Assembly: GCA_051294905.1 (NCBI GenBank)
Contig: CM119376.1
Coordinates: forward strand, 25,172,001 to 25,236,000
Reading direction: 5' to 3'
DNA length: 64,000 nucleotides
Origin: Botryllus schlosseri
Taxonomy: Eukaryota
Of the stretch, positions 50,401 through 63,615 are shown piece by piece. Within the stretch, counting starts at the first letter, position 1, and every line of letters begins with the position of its first letter. The notes beneath the pieces were generated by a model that saw only the letters and a list, made by a program, of their open reading frames with translations, was not told the DNA's origin and made no database searches. The position numbers and the translations under genes are program-made.

Positions 50401-52120
50401 GTCTATTATGCTGTCAAGCCCCGTGAAAACTGGACATAGCGTCTACAATGCAGTTCCGGACGTATGAACTGAACAATATGCTTGGGGCCGGCAACCTTTT
50501 GTGTGCAGCAAGCCAAAATGTCAAGAAATGTCAAATTATTACCAGCTTGAGTGTCAAACATCCAATTTAACAATATTTAACGTTTCAAGCAAGGAATGCC
50601 AATACTGTTTTTCTGCAGCTGGCAATTGCATCCGTTACGCCAGTGATTCTTGAATTATTGGTCGCGAAGGGAATAAGTTTTGGTCGCTATCGCTTACATG
50701 TACGTAATATTTGCAGAATTTATTTTCAGTCGCGAAATGATCGATCTTCTGTGGTTGATTTAGTCGTTTCCAAGTCCACTGTGTTCGGTACCATATCCAA
50801 GGGAGTAAAGTGACAAGCCAACCAGTGCTGTTACGATGATATGGTCTGATGATGAAAAATGTGCCCACCCCTATGCAATTCAAGTCAGTTTAGTGTCACA
50901 TTAAGGGTCGTCTGACACTAGATTCGTCTGCAAAGGACGCGGTAAAGCGGTGAAGATTGTTGTTGCTTCAGATATATTGGAATCGCTTGGACAGCAGACG
51001 AAGCTAAAAGAATACATCCTTCCGAGAGACGAACACGATTCCAAAATTCGTATTTCGACACGGGGCTCATTATTTTCCTCGGCGGGTCTCATTTATTATA
51101 CGAGCGGGTCAAGCTGCGTGCGCTGGACTATTCGGCGCTGGTCACTTCGGTACCTTGACAGTAAATAGACATATCAATGTCGAACGTTTTGGCCAGCATG
51201 CGGAGGTTATTTTGTTTCAAGGTTTTAACGCCGCCATGGTCGCATGTTGTCAGAAACTTTATGTCTAGAGCGTGTTTTATTTAGCGTGAAAATGCCCAGC
51301 GCAAGAATGCAGGTTCATATTATAGTTGCACTCCCGTAGGCTGCACAGTTAACACTCCTAGACTAAAGCATCCAAACGGTTTCATACGATATTCGGTTCA
51401 CGTTCTTTCTACTGCCCTAATACGGTTGATTCATTTCTGTACATTATGCATATTTTTTAAATACATTTTTTATATAGATATATATTTATTTATTTATTTG
51501 GGGTTCCCACATTATAATCAAGACAGCAGGTTGCAATAAATCCGCGCGAAGTGCGGCAAAAAATTTCTAAGATAAGTAAAATCTGCCTAAAATTTTAAGT
51601 CGATTTACGAAATAATTTTGGATCGCCTACGAGCTTTGTTCATTTTGAAAACTTCTGCTTCACTTTTTGCAAATGGTGTCAATATGTCGTTTGCGTAAAA
51701 TCATTTGGCGTGCAATGAAAAATCATCTCGCGTGCCGGAGGTTGCCGAGCCCCGAGCTATATAGTGGTTGAGCTTACTCCAACGACGTATATCACAATTC
51801 ATTCCGCAATTCATCCGTAGTTTCTACCAGCTGCCCCATTACTTGCGTACTCGAAACACCATTTTCTGATTTCTTATGATCGGTGGTTTGGTGGATTGGT
51901 TTCAAAATAGAAACTGACACGATACGTAAAGGATGCCATTCGCTTGTTTATTTGTTACATATTTAAATAATTTCAAAACACCACATGACTGCGATTTAAT
52001 GTAAAGATGGTAAGGATTCAAACCGATTTGAATGGAGTCAAACCACATATGAGATAAGGGATGTGGCATGTTATCAATATCCGACATGAGTAAGTCAGAT
52101 CGTGGCTCAGTAATCCGTAG

Positions 52121-52503
52121 CAGTGCGGAGCGGATCGATAAATTCTCTGGTCCGGCTCCGATCCGGATGCCCAATTCTCTGGTCCGGCTCCGGCCAAAAA
52201 TGAAAAAGTCCGGTCAGAAATCCGGCCCTTCACGGTACGGGGGTTCCGTGAATTGATAAATATGCCTCGTTTATGTTCGCAATGGCTTGGCGGTTACTTG
52301 CGTGTGGTTGGTTGGTAGTTATTTAGTTATAAAAGTCATGCTTATCCATAGAGATTCTGGCCGTGTCAAAAAGGTAGTGATCCAGCTCCGATCCGGCTCC
52401 GGCCGTAACAGAAAAAGTAGTGATCCGGCTCCGATCCGGTCCGGTCAGAATTGTAAAAATCCGACCGGATATCCAATACGGCTCCGGTCCATGCTCCGCA
52501 CTA
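52121..52503. mobile_element. hAT MITE with CCGGCTCCGATCCGG subterminal repeats
   Basis: TIR CAGTGCGGAGC / GCTCCGCACTA; TSD ATCCGTAG / ATCTGTAG (7/8, CpG-type change). Confidence 0.88.
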
Positions 52504-52956
52504 ATCTGTAGCGCAGACTAGTATTGTCACCCTGTTTTGTTTCTGAAATACGGGCTCGGGCACTTTGAACCTTCTTGGCCCGCATCTGCATCGCTATTCG
52601 CTACCAGCAACTTGATTGCATCTTCGCTGTTTTGTACTTTGCTTATCCTTTCCGTGGTTTATTCATTTACGAAGTAAAATACCTGTTTTCTGTCTGCTCA
52701 ATTTGGACTTTCCATATGAATGTCGTCCTTTGGTGGCGCAAGAGCACCAACAACAATTCAAGTTGTGATAGTGCAAATCAAATTTAGGATACCACCAGGG
52801 TTGTGCTTAAAACAAAAATCAATTTGAAAGAAACATGCTTAAAACAAGGGCCTTGTTTAAAACATGTTTTTATTGTTTTTCTTTCCGAGTCATGACGTAA
52901 CGAATATTCATTTGTGACGTCATAGTGAATTGATATTCACAGTTGACAATATAGGG

Positions 52957-54596
52957 CAGGGGTTCTCAACTTCCCTTGTATAACGGGCCGCATTTTAACA
53001 GCAAAAGACGCTGCGGGCCGCAGAACAATGTTACCTTGTATTCATGGGCTACTATTAAATTTAGGCTATTGTAGCCTATTTACCAGTCGTATACCGGCAT
53101 TTATAGTACATTTTTATGCATTATCAAGTAATAATGGAAAGCGTTCGTAAGTTTGCAGCTGCTGCTTGTGAGAATATGTATCTTCTAGCGGCGCATGTAA
53201 ATCGATTTACATCCCTTCATGGAGCGTTCATTACATTCGTTGTCAAGTCGGTATATATGCAACTTCAAATCCTTCCACCAGAGAGCCGAACTCTCTGTTT
53301 CAATGCGTGGGCGAGCAAGTATAAAATTACTATAACTTTTGCGTTACAGAGACCATTATCACATTGAGCTCTGAGTGATATGAGAAGACGTCTGGTGTTT
53401 GGGGGCATTTCCGAACAAACCAATCAACCTTTTTCCTTTCCGTTCATGCCTGGGGCCCTGTACCAATAGTTACAAAAGTCAGCTTTGTCAAGTTGATATT
53501 TTTCGCTGGTCCCCTCCCCACGTTTGCCCAGCCAGCATTTCTCTGCATTTGTCCACTCTGATAAAAATTCAACCAGATATAATTAGTTATACAATGTCGG
53601 TGGATTCATCTCAGGCTGTATAAAAGTAGTCTACGCAGCAACGTGTTTCAGAACAGGCGATAAGAGATTGACTGATATTGATGTTACTCGTCTGGTCAGG
53701 ATTGAATCAGACGATTGTATCTTCGAAATTTGTCAGGTGATGTTGTCCTTGCTGCTAAGTTCCGGAAACAGCAAATATTCGCAAAGTATGTTACGATTTT
53801 ATTGAAATCACACCTTCTATATCAGATTTCTTTGGTTTAGCTATATTCGAAGCAATTTTAAACGATGCTTCTGTAACGTCGTCGGCAATCTCAACAGCCG
53901 TTCGCAGTGAGTCAAACACTCTCTAAAAGTGTAGGCCTACTAGCGGGATTCTCTTGAACCAGAGTCCAGCCGAATAACGATTCAAAACAATAACAATCTG
54001 AAGTGGAGCATATATCAAGAAACGAGAACACATTGAAGCAGTGGTTCTCAAAATTCTTTAGTCACGCCCCCCTCCTTTTGATAGGGAAAATTTTCGTGCC
54101 CCCTCATCGTCGTATAACAAAATGCAACCAGAATGCTAGCAATACAAACGGCTAGTTTGATGGCGTCAAAGGTTATAGCTGTTGATTAGAGAATTCTCAA
54201 ATATGAAATTCGGACTATACACAGAGAAATAACTCTGAATTGGGGATAAATTGCGCGCAGCGCGAATTTTTTTTTCAGTTGACTGCAGCTTCGCACCCCC
54301 TTCAGATGCTTCACGCACCAAAGGGGGCGCGTGCCCCCCGTTTGAGAACCACACTGTCTTCTATAATGAGTAATCACACGAAACAGAGACGGTGCGATAA
54401 AAGAGCTAAGTATCTTAGTTAATTTGTAACAATACCGTGTCATTAGTAATTGCGTTTATAATGAAAGATGTCGCGGGCCGCAAAATATGCGGCACGCAAG
54501 AGTATTTTATAAATATAATTTTTCATAAATCGATTTCTCAATAGTTTTGTGGGGGCCGCAAGAAGGCTAGCTGGGGGCCGCGGTTGGGAATCACTG
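52957..54596 (-). mobile_element. Decayed hAT Charlie/Buster-type transposon with transposase relic
   Basis: Ends CAGGGGTTCTCAAC / GTTGGGAATCACTG with GCGGGCCGC subterminal motifs; minus-strand remnants TEASFKIASNIAKPKK (~53820-53875), DESTD (53596-53610) and a degraded DGAPAM.G-like segment, with stops and frameshifts. No clean TSD. Confidence 0.7.
54039..54356. mobile_element. hAT MITE, same family as 39269-39576 (inverted), nested in the Charlie relic
   Basis: CAGTGGTTCTCAA ... TTGAGAACCACACTG; internal GAAGCATCTGAAGGGGG...GTCAACTG shared with the 39269 copy. Confidence 0.85.
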
Positions 54597-55759
54597 ATTC
54601 AGACCGATGGATGGGAAGGCTATACAAAGGCCTCAACAGAATCGGATACCATCACTCCACTGTGAACCACACCAATTATTTCGTTTCGCCTGATACAGGT
54701 GCTCATACACAATGTATTGAAACATCGTAGGTATCGAGCTTCTTTTCAAGATCCAACGTCATAGTCAATGCCATGAATGGTGTATTCGCCCCTGGGTGAA
54801 ATACGTGATAGTGAAGGTCAGTGGCGTAGCAGCAACTTGGTGGTGGCAAAATGAGGCTGCACAGTGCACACAACAGCCGGCTAAAAGCAGCGTATGAATG
54901 GTAGCCTTTTAGTTGGCGACCAGAGAGCTCAAATTTATTCAACTGGTGTCAATCAGAAGTTAGCATCGCACTGAATCCGAAACACAAATTAAAATGTGAG
55001 ATTAACAATGGAACCACTCCGAACCGATTGTTCCGAACAACTCAAAATTCAAACTCGAAAAATAATTTCGTGGGGTGACGAAGTCCGACATATTTTTATT
55101 AATAGATCGCGACGACGAAACTTCATCAGAAAACGTAGAGCAAAATTTTATCTGCTTAAGGTTGAAAAGCATTGCGACCGAATGTACGAACTCATAATGA
55201 GTTTTACCAGATTATGAGGATGGAAATGTTTCGTAAATTAACACGATAAGAACTGGTGTGCTCTAATTTGTATTTGGCTAAATATGTAAATGCGCGTCGT
55301 AATTATAGAGGTAGCCTATTCGTTTACAGTGATTGATACGACGCAAAATGGCCTGTTATATTATGCATTACCAGTAAATGTAAAGTTGATATGCGTAGTC
55401 TTCAGTTCAATCATTTATCGAAATCTATAAAAGCACTACGAGAAAACTACTCTGATTGGGACATATTCGCGTTACAGCGATTGATACGACGCTAAATACT
55501 CCGAGAGTCACGGAGAACACGGCTCGACTTCGCCGAAACGCTCAATGGCGTCACAATGAGTACGAGGCGTCAATTGACCATTCAGCTCAGGCGCCCCTAT
55601 TGTTCAGAACAATGGAAATTTCGAACTTTGAGGTCGATTTTAGGGGGGTTCCAGTGCCCTGACCAGATTTTAATTTATATTTTCGGAATCAGTGTGAATA
55701 TATCTTTCGATTGAGACCGGTTTAAATAAATTTTGCGCTTGGGTCGCCAGCTATAAGAT

Positions 55760-56842
55760 TACCACTATGTTGATTAGTGCCTTCATACAGGCATGCGGTG
55801 GGGACTTAAATGACTTTGTGCTATCCAGGTCAACTATAAAGAGACGTAGAGAAGCTAATCGTCTTGAGATTTCGCATGAAATATACGAGTCATTTCAACA
55901 AGACCTACCGAATCATGCTGCTATACACTGGGATGGAAAGTTGACAGAAGACAGGTATGGAACAAAGTATGAAGCATTGCTGTTATTTTGTCTTCTCATC
56001 CTTTGCATACCAATGGAAAATTACTTGGAATTCAAAAGATTGAAAATGCCACAGGAGAGGTCCAAGCTAAAACTGCATTTGATTTGATAACGACTTGGAG
56101 TTTGCAGAATTCCATTGCCACGTTGGTATTTGACACGACATCAAGGAATAGTGGATGGAAAAAAGGAGCTGCAAAGTTACTGGAAGACCGCCTAGGTAAA
56201 TAAATGTTGTATCATGCTTGTCGCCATCATGTATTGGAGTTGGTGGTAAAGAGTGTCTGGACAATCATTTTTGGACCTGAAAATACATTATTCAACAATT
56301 TAAAAAAAAAAACTACCGATAAAGATGTTGCTGAATCTGCTCTCAATAAGTTGAAGAAGCATCCATGGTACATTGTGGAAGAAACTTTGGTTTATGCCTT
56401 GTTCTCAGAAAAAGAAAGTTGCGATACCAGAAAAAGTATTGCAAGCCGCCTACTGAAAGTTGAAAAACCGCAATCTTATCGACGCGGGCCACGCATTCTC
56501 TCATCAGAAGGGACTATAGAGGATAACACCACTTTGGCTGATTTAGTGGGCCCTCAGTCATGGCATTTGTTCAACGAATTTGAGTGTTCTGGAGAATGGT
56601 TGAATCAGCCTGTGGAACAATGGCCTAAGTATGAAACATACAATGAAATGAGCCATTTTGTAAGTAATGTCAAAGTCGTTAATGACGCTGCTGGACGAGG
56701 AGTTAAACTCAATACCGACTTTGCTTCGATCATCACAGATGATGAGCGCCAAAAGAAAAGTATGCTGCAAGTTGTTGAGCTACACCGTCAGAAGTATCAC
56801 AACTTCAATAAATCCACACTGAAATCCTATGAGCCTGCCTGA
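55760..56842 (+). pseudogene. hATm-type (Cc8K15.2-like) transposase pseudogene, internally deleted
   Basis: HWDGK, GKLLG, FDTT..NSG..GAA.LLE, ACRHHVLEL, HPWY.EE..ALF and VVNDAAGRGVKL motifs; frameshift ~55978, in-frame TAA 56201-56203; the expected AERG glutamate is GGA (Gly) at 56693-56695. Confidence 0.8.
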
Positions 56843-58552
56843 GACTAGAGCCTGTTGTTATCCACATTTTGTTTTTATGCTTACCTAATTCTCAACATGT
56901 TCTTCAATGATAATACCTGTCTTTTCATCTTTCACAATTGTCTCAAGTCACGTAAATGGTCGGCCTACTATGTCCGGATTTGTGTTTTGCCTTATTCTGC
57001 TTTTCAAGTTTGATAATGCAAATTTCCTTACAATAAATTCATCAAGTTTCAGAAACATAGTCTGTGCCAGATTTCTCAAGTTAACTCAGTTGTAAGCACA
57101 TACCATAGTGGGTGACGACAATGACTAATATGTATTGAGATTGTTTCTGTTTCCGTAAGAACACCGGGGACGTTTTCAGACAGAATCAGTGGCGGCTCGT
57201 GACAATATCGGGTGGTGGGGCAAGGGCTGCGAGCGACTTTTATCAAGATGACGTCACAATGGCGTTTTCCAACGTAAAAAAGTAACTTTATGATGGTCAC
57301 ATGAATTTCCCGACAACAGTGATTTTAACGTAGGTGCCGCGAGAGGTTTGCCGGTGAGCCGTGACTTGAAGTGTGGTAACAAATGTTTTATTCATTTATT
57401 TTTAATCAAAGGAATATTTTACAAAATGTACGTGAACTAAGAATCGTCCCTATGCCACGAATCAAGTATCAGGTCATCCTTAGTAGCATGCGTTTTGATT
57501 TCATGGTAGAGTTATAGATTACGCAAATCGATAGGCCCTAAAATCCGACCGTCACCCCAAATTCGAAATCCGGATCCAGTCCGGCCAGGTAAAAAAACAT
57601 TGAAATCCTGCTCCGGCTCCTGAACCGGACTGTGGCCATCTCTGGTTACGACCAGGTGATAATAGGCAACCAAAGCGGAGGCACCCGGCGTACGATTGGA
57701 TCAATAGACTGGACAACTTCTAGACCTCTCATTTTCGCTCTAAAGGCAACTGCGTAAACTACGTACGGAATAAAGATTCAATACGATTCATGTTCGCACT
57801 TGACTTGACCTGACTAATTCCAATGACTAGAACTCGAGAGATTGCGTAAGCCTAACTGGAAAGGTCAACGAGTTCGGACACATACGCAATTGTTATCTCA
57901 TAGATTGGGCCTGTCATATTGAATCCAGAACATCAATTTGAATGGTCTTTGAAGAACTAAGGACAGCAGCCTCGGAACTTCGGTCTCGGAACAACGTGGG
58001 ACATTTTGGCCTTGAAACTGGAGACTGTGACACAACACATACGGCTTACTGTCTATAAGTCTGCTGCGAAATCGCCGTTGGAAAATATATTAATCAATAA
58101 ATACATGAATAAAAGCCGTAACTTAGTATACTGTTACAAGAAATCATTGAGAAGTAGCATACGCAATCTCATAACCCATTCCGGTATGGTACACTGTCAA
58201 AATCAATGCAAACAGACGAACACCTAACTTTGAGTAAAATAGATCGAGGAATAGGCTGATCGAATGATCAGCTGTTAGCCGACATCGAAAGTGAAATAGC
58301 TATCGCAATTGACAGGGGATTGTAAGCAAATGGTTTGAAGGCCACAATTTCACAGTGAAATGGACATTGGCGAACATAAAATTATGTGAATATTTGAATG
58401 CAAACCGAGAATCTTGGTTAGCTGTTTCATGCGATCATCGAGATATACCATTGGAAATATCATCACCGATCTCGTTATGGAACGCAGACTATAGATTAGC
58501 ACAGACCGACACCGGCTTTTGCGTGAGATCCACAATGACGTAGGTAGGCTAA

Positions 58553-59638
58553 AGCGTAGTGCACATTTGCGTAATTCGTACGCGCGTACTGGACGCGTAA
58601 AGTATATTGGTAGTTTCTTTCCTTTCTCTGCTCTTCTCTCGTTTGCTCGTCGCGTAAAGAGCCTCTTTTCTCTCGTTTTTTACGCGGGCATTACGCAGCC
58701 CTTACGCGGAGAGAGCGATTCGTACGCGCGTATTGTTGACTTGCCAAGCTCCCAATCAGATATAGCTCCCAAATATGTTCCAGAAAAATGCCCGGCATTT
58801 TTACACCTACCTTGGCTAGGTAACGTGTCTAACCGTTTTGAAAAGCTTATTAAATCGGCTGTTCACCGTTGTTATTTCAGCGTTAACACGCATGTGGTGT
58901 AGCCTACACGACGAAATCCTTGTTGCCCATTGCCCAACTCTCGAAAATATGTACTTCCTGCCTTTAATGCAAGCAATGTTGTCTACCAATACAAGTGCCA
59001 CTGTGATAAGATTGTTTGAGCGTATTAAGCAGCATATCGCTTAACTGATTCGGCCAAAAACATGTGCAAATGATCACACTGAGCTCGCATGTCAGTGCAA
59101 ATTGGCTACCATAACAGACTGCTATGACGATTACCAAGCATATGCTTCATCAATAGGTCAGCATCTGAGTGAAAACCTCGCCAGTGCACAGCACTATAAT
59201 GACAATATCTTTACTGTCATTGCGCGTGGCAGATCTTTGTTGCATTTAAAAGTGTTGGAGTCTACTATTATTCAGTTGGACAAACGTATTTTATGCAGAC
59301 GAAAAGATTTCCTCTATAACCTACAAATTTCTCATTAGTGCATGTGTTTCGTCCGTGTAATTGTTTATTTACAAATTGCCTTGCTACTATAGTACCGTAT
59401 GTCCGTATATACTGCAAGTGCAAAGTTTGTTACTGTTGCCATTAGTGGTACAATGCGAATTTCATGGTCTGTGATTTTGATTGTTGCGTTGCTGACGCTC
59501 GGCAGCGACAACGTGCGGCACAGCGCTAAATTTATTCTCACTTTTCCATCAGCGATGACGTAAGCTCTCGTTTTGGCCAACTTAGTGAGAGAGTGAAAAT
59601 CGTACGCGCGTACGATTTACGCAAATGTGCACTAGGCT
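58553..59638. mobile_element. PIF/Harbinger-like non-autonomous element
   Basis: ~38-bp TIR AGCGTAGTGCACATTTGCGTAATTCGTACGCGCGTAC / GTACGCGCGTACGATTTACGCAAATGTGCACTAGGCT, with TAA on both sides. Confidence 0.8.
58733..59340 (+). pseudogene. Penelope-like retroelement fragment (thumb/linker + GIY-YIG region)
   Basis: CPAFLHLPWLGNVSNRFEK, SNVVYQYKCHCD, RIKQHI, SSIGQHLSEN, FTVIARGRSLLHLKVLE, LCRRKDFLYNL; frameshifted, with the YVG segment deleted. Confidence 0.8.
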
Positions 59639-59709
59639 TAAGTATCAGATCAGCGCGCATCTCTACCATACTCGACCTCGAAAACGAAATAACTGCCTCA
59701 ATCATTGAG

Positions 59710-60030
59710 TGTCAACTTTAAGACTTGGCACCGTGTTCGATACTAAAATCAAGACATACCGTGTGAAAGCTCATGACAGATCTAGGTATGGAACATCGTT
59801 AAAATCAATAGAGACCAATAACGGCTTTTGCGTAAATTTGTTGGCGATAAATGAAGAGTCAGCTCTTACTCGACTTTGGAAACGAAATTACCACCCACAT
59901 AGTTCAGTGACAAACTTAAAACTTGTTACAGCGGTCGATACTAACACTTACCGTGCCAAATGTCATGACCGATCTCGGTATAGAACATCGTCAAAATCAA
60001 TGGAGACCAATACCGGCTTTTGAGTAAAAT
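59710..60030. repeat. Tandem ~190-bp units inside the 57187 hAT element (more diverged units ~58010-58530, ~60110-60240)
   Basis: Repeated ACTT...GTTCGATACTAA...TACCGTG...CATGAC.GATCT.GGTAT.GAACATCGT.AAAATCAAT.GAGACCAATA.CGGCTTTTG.GTAAA. Confidence 0.75.
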
Positions 60031-61399
60031 CTGTTTGCTGTACTATGTACAATGTACATGATAGATCAGCACACACTGAACTTCGGAAACGGAATTACTA
60101 CCATTATCTTTAAGTAGCAAGCCTGAAACTTGGAGCAGTGTTAAATACTACCTTCACGACATATCATACCAAGTTTCAAGAATTATCATGGTGCGAAACA
60201 CCATCAAAATCGACCTATTCCAGCAAAGGTCGACTCAACGCATATTACGGTAACCGAGTTCAGATATAGATACGATTGTTACATCACACCTTAAGGGCGA
60301 GTAGGCATATTTGCCCCGGTTGCTCGGCCATTTTACGAATAGGAGAGAGTAAATCACCGTTTCTTTATTGTGCGCGGCTTTGAGAGAATAGATAGTGAAA
60401 GCTTGTTATGAGCGCTACCGGGGCAAGCCCCGGCTAGGCATTCACAAAGCGAAAACACAGAAGAGAATTCGATTTTCGCAGAGACTTCGCTATGTATGGG
60501 CGTTTGCAAGCGAAAGCACAAGAAGAACGCGGGTTTCGCTGTGATCTCGGTATATATTGATTGCTGTGCGTCTATAAATGGTTAAATTGTTATTGAACAG
60601 AATTTTAGGTGGGGCAATGCCCCAGTTGCCCTATAGGACGAGCCGCCACTGGACAGAATGCATTGGTAGTTGAGGATCAGGACCCCCATTTAGACTTACC
60701 TGTCATGATCATTTAAGAAGAAGCCTAGTGTCGTGAGCTTTTGACATTTGCATTCTGGCCGTATTCGCTACTGTGACAACGTCTTGGACAGGACAGGTCG
60801 GAGGTGGTGGGGGAGGGGGGGGGGTGTCAACTTTCTTTCAGACGTATTAGATACTGCAAACCTGATGCGGATTAGGTGAATTGAAGCTACTATAAAAGTG
60901 AAATTACATTCATATACAATATGTCTTTGATTAACATTTACAGAGTTGAAACCGGCTGGAAATGCCTGTATTCGTTCATTTCATACATAGGCCTACCACC
61001 CGGCTACCTATACCAAATACGGGAAGGTGAAACACATTTGGCATGTATAGGAATGTAGGTATGTTCAATTGTCAAAAAGATAATTCAACCTGATATTTCC
61101 CAGCTCTACTCGGCCGTTTTCTACCGCAAACTTCACAAAAGCTACAAACCAGCAATGGTGAATCGTCGCTAGTAAGGAGAATTGACCCATGGGTCTTTGG
61201 GGGCTTTGCGCGCAGGGAAGACCGCGATGAAAATGACCAAAATCGGTTTTAGAGGTGTTTTTATGCACTAAACTATCATTTGGAATTACGCAAAACAAGT
61301 TTCCAAAAAATTGCCCAAATCTGAACAACCCTAATGCACATACCTAACAAAACGTCAAACGGACGGAGGGTATTGTGTGTTTTCACAGACAGCAGATTA

Positions 61400-62159
61400 A
61401 ATCAATGAGTTACACTTGAAAAATACTAAAGTGGAAAGGAGATTCCCATATATGTTGAGGCGGCATGGTCTTAGAATAATCCACATCCACTGGATACACG
61501 TTCCTCTGGTGCATTAGATGCAGGAATTGAAAAGCAATTTTGAACCACACTGAAGAGCATTAGATACTCATCCATTCTAGTCGGCCAAAAATGCAAAGAA
61601 TCATCGCCTTCATATCTACACATGAGCTTATCAGTCTCTTCCAAGTAGGCTACTTGACCATCTGATAGTCATTTCTTTGGCTCTAATTGGACTTTGCTTC
61701 GATTGTTTGCTTGTATAATTGAAATGTCTTGAGTACTTTGTTGGCGGAGGATCTATTACCTCTTCATCACTGGATGATTTTGTACAATGCATTGCTATTT
61801 GCTACTATGTACCATTGTCTTTTGTTTTTTCGGCCGCGCATATCTGATATCAGACGAGTGCAACGAAAGCAGTGGTGACAAATAGCGATGTCGACCGAAT
61901 TCGTCACATGCGTTGATCTAACCATTGTGATTCGCAACTTTCTTCATCTTCAAGTCACATAAAATAAGCCGAGTCAATGACTTGAGTCGAGTCATGCGTA
62001 ATGACTCGAGTACAAGTCGAGTCATTCCAAATATTGACTCGAGTCGAGTCGAGTCATTTTCCCATTTCAAGAAAATGACTCGAGTCAAGTCGAGTCACAA
62101 AAAAATCGTGACTCGAGTCTGACTCGAGTCGAGTCATGACTCGAGTCATTACAACCCTG
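61400..62159 (-). mobile_element. Relic of a transposase-bearing hAT element of the GACTCGAGTC family
   Basis: Terminus GACTCGAGTCATTACAACCCTG at 62159 with a GACTCGAGTC array; minus-strand SIPASNAPEERVSSG (~61490-61530) resembles the hAT C-terminal dimerisation motif. Confidence 0.7.
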
Positions 62160-62509
62160 CCCATATCCCGATAATCATCACGTCTCTGCATGCGGTAGAA
62201 TTACTTAGTTTTGATATAGTCTAGCCTTGCACACATGCAAAATAGACATGGCCGAATCCAGCACCTGGACAAACATTGCGGTGGTGAAAGATAGATAATA
62301 ATAACCTATGCGGAAGGGGGGTCTGGGGGTCGGAGCCCCCCAGAAGTTACGGATAGATACTTATAGGGGGCCCCCCGGTAAGTCTCGCCCAGCCCCCCCC
62401 CCCCCCCCCGTTCGTAGGGCCACCACTCTATGTGGGTTATGAGACAATGGGGTGGGTGCCTACCCCAAAAACTTGACGTGATAGAGAAAAACGGGAGTCA
62501 TTTTTTTAA

Positions 62510-62680
62510 TTCAGCGCCCAAAAGTTAGTCTGATCAAAGTCAACAAAAATTGTGTTTACCAGTGCAATAGGTAAATCGCGAGGATCGCGGAAAAATTTCA
62601 GTAAACTACGGCTTCGCGCCCCCTTCACGTGCCTCCACACCCCCAAGGGGAGTCGCGCTCCCCCAGTTTGAGAACCACTG
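62510..62680. mobile_element. Half of a Charlie-like hAT MITE
   Basis: Ends GTTTGAGAACCACTG; GC-rich subterminal region related to the 39269/54039 family; left TIR not found. Confidence 0.65.
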
Positions 62681-63296
62681 CTCAAGTCACATCGCATCAA
62701 ATAGGCCTTTTGCACGACTTCGATCACGTGACTAGATACGCATAGCAACCACATATTGGTTAGCAAGCTACATTCTCGCGCACCTGCTTCAGTGCTAAAT
62801 ATCGCATAGTGTACTGTTGATTTCTGGTTGTAAACGTTTCGGAAATTTGTTGTAGAAGTCATCAGAGATTCACCTATGCTAGATGTCAATCCTCGAATAT
62901 GGTGAATACAGAGCACAGCTGCGCCCTCTAGGGAGCAGTCGTTCAATGTTTGCATCACCGATTTGCCTCAGTGACCCGTGATTGCGCAATCGTCGTCGCT
63001 GCTCAGAGCTCAGAGCAAGACCTGCTATACAGGATTCAGAGAATAAGCTGCAGAACTACAGATGCACCTGCACACTGCAGATCCTTCTTTGAGGCGGCTG
63101 TATAGGCTTTGAAGTCAAAACAGACAGGGAACGATGCGTTTCCAACAGACTTATTCTGAAAAAAAATCACTAAAATGCATGCAGATTAGAGGGTGCATTT
63201 CTGACGACTTGAGATCTTTCTGCATAATGACAGTGAAAGCTTAGTGACATTTTCGTGCTATGAGTCAGGCATCAGAGGCTTAGATTCGTCATTAAT

Positions 63297-63431
63297 TGTA
63301 GTAGCGTGACTGACGGTCTGTCTAATATACGAGACGTGAGTCCTCAAGCAGCCATGTATTCAGTGACGACCAAGCACCGAAGCACCTGCGATGTCGTCAC
63401 ACCCTAGTGGCGCCATAGAGCTACCACTACA
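63297..63431 (-). mobile_element. 3' LTR (135 bp) of a Gypsy-like retrotransposon
   Basis: Starts TGTAGTGG right after the polypurine tract AGAAGGGAGA (63441-63432) and ends CTACTACA (near-perfect inverted termini); contains an AATACA poly(A)-signal variant. Confidence 0.75.
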
Positions 63432-63615
63432 TCTCCCTTCTCGGGACAAGCACAAATGCTTATAAGCAGCACAAACATATACAACGCAAGCACAGAATGA
63501 AGACAATAAACAATCCGAATTGAGGCAGTTAGCGGTACAAAGGTATGAAGCAATTGGCAGGCAAGAGGTGAATGAAGAACACAACATATTTACACACACT
63601 ACTCCTATAACAACA

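Larger units (their letters stand above)
57187..60651. mobile_element. 3.46-kb non-autonomous hAT element carrying nested insertions
   Basis: 14-bp TIR CAGTGGCGGCTCGT / ACGAGCCGCCACTG; perfect 8-bp TSD GACAGAAT (57179-57186, 60652-60659); no transposase ORF inside. Confidence 0.93.

Noticed and set aside
49745-51168. Short ORFs in a CpG-richer stretch as a possible second gene or promoter
   Set aside because: No recognisable domain or consistent exon chain; cannot be supported from sequence alone.
55610-57575. Inverted match (GGTCGATTTTAGGG / CCCTAAAATCCGACC) as TIRs of the hATm element
   Set aside because: The right copy lies inside a different TSD-bounded element and no TSD was found.
61975-62150. 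Regularly spaced palindromic GACTCGAGTC repeats resembling a CRISPR array (also 24200-24550)
   Set aside because: Repeats are ~10 nt with irregular short spacers, lie within hAT termini, and there are no cas genes in this eukaryotic DNA.
62506-62958. 150-aa minus-strand ORF
   Set aside because: It runs through a MITE terminus and has no protein-like motifs.
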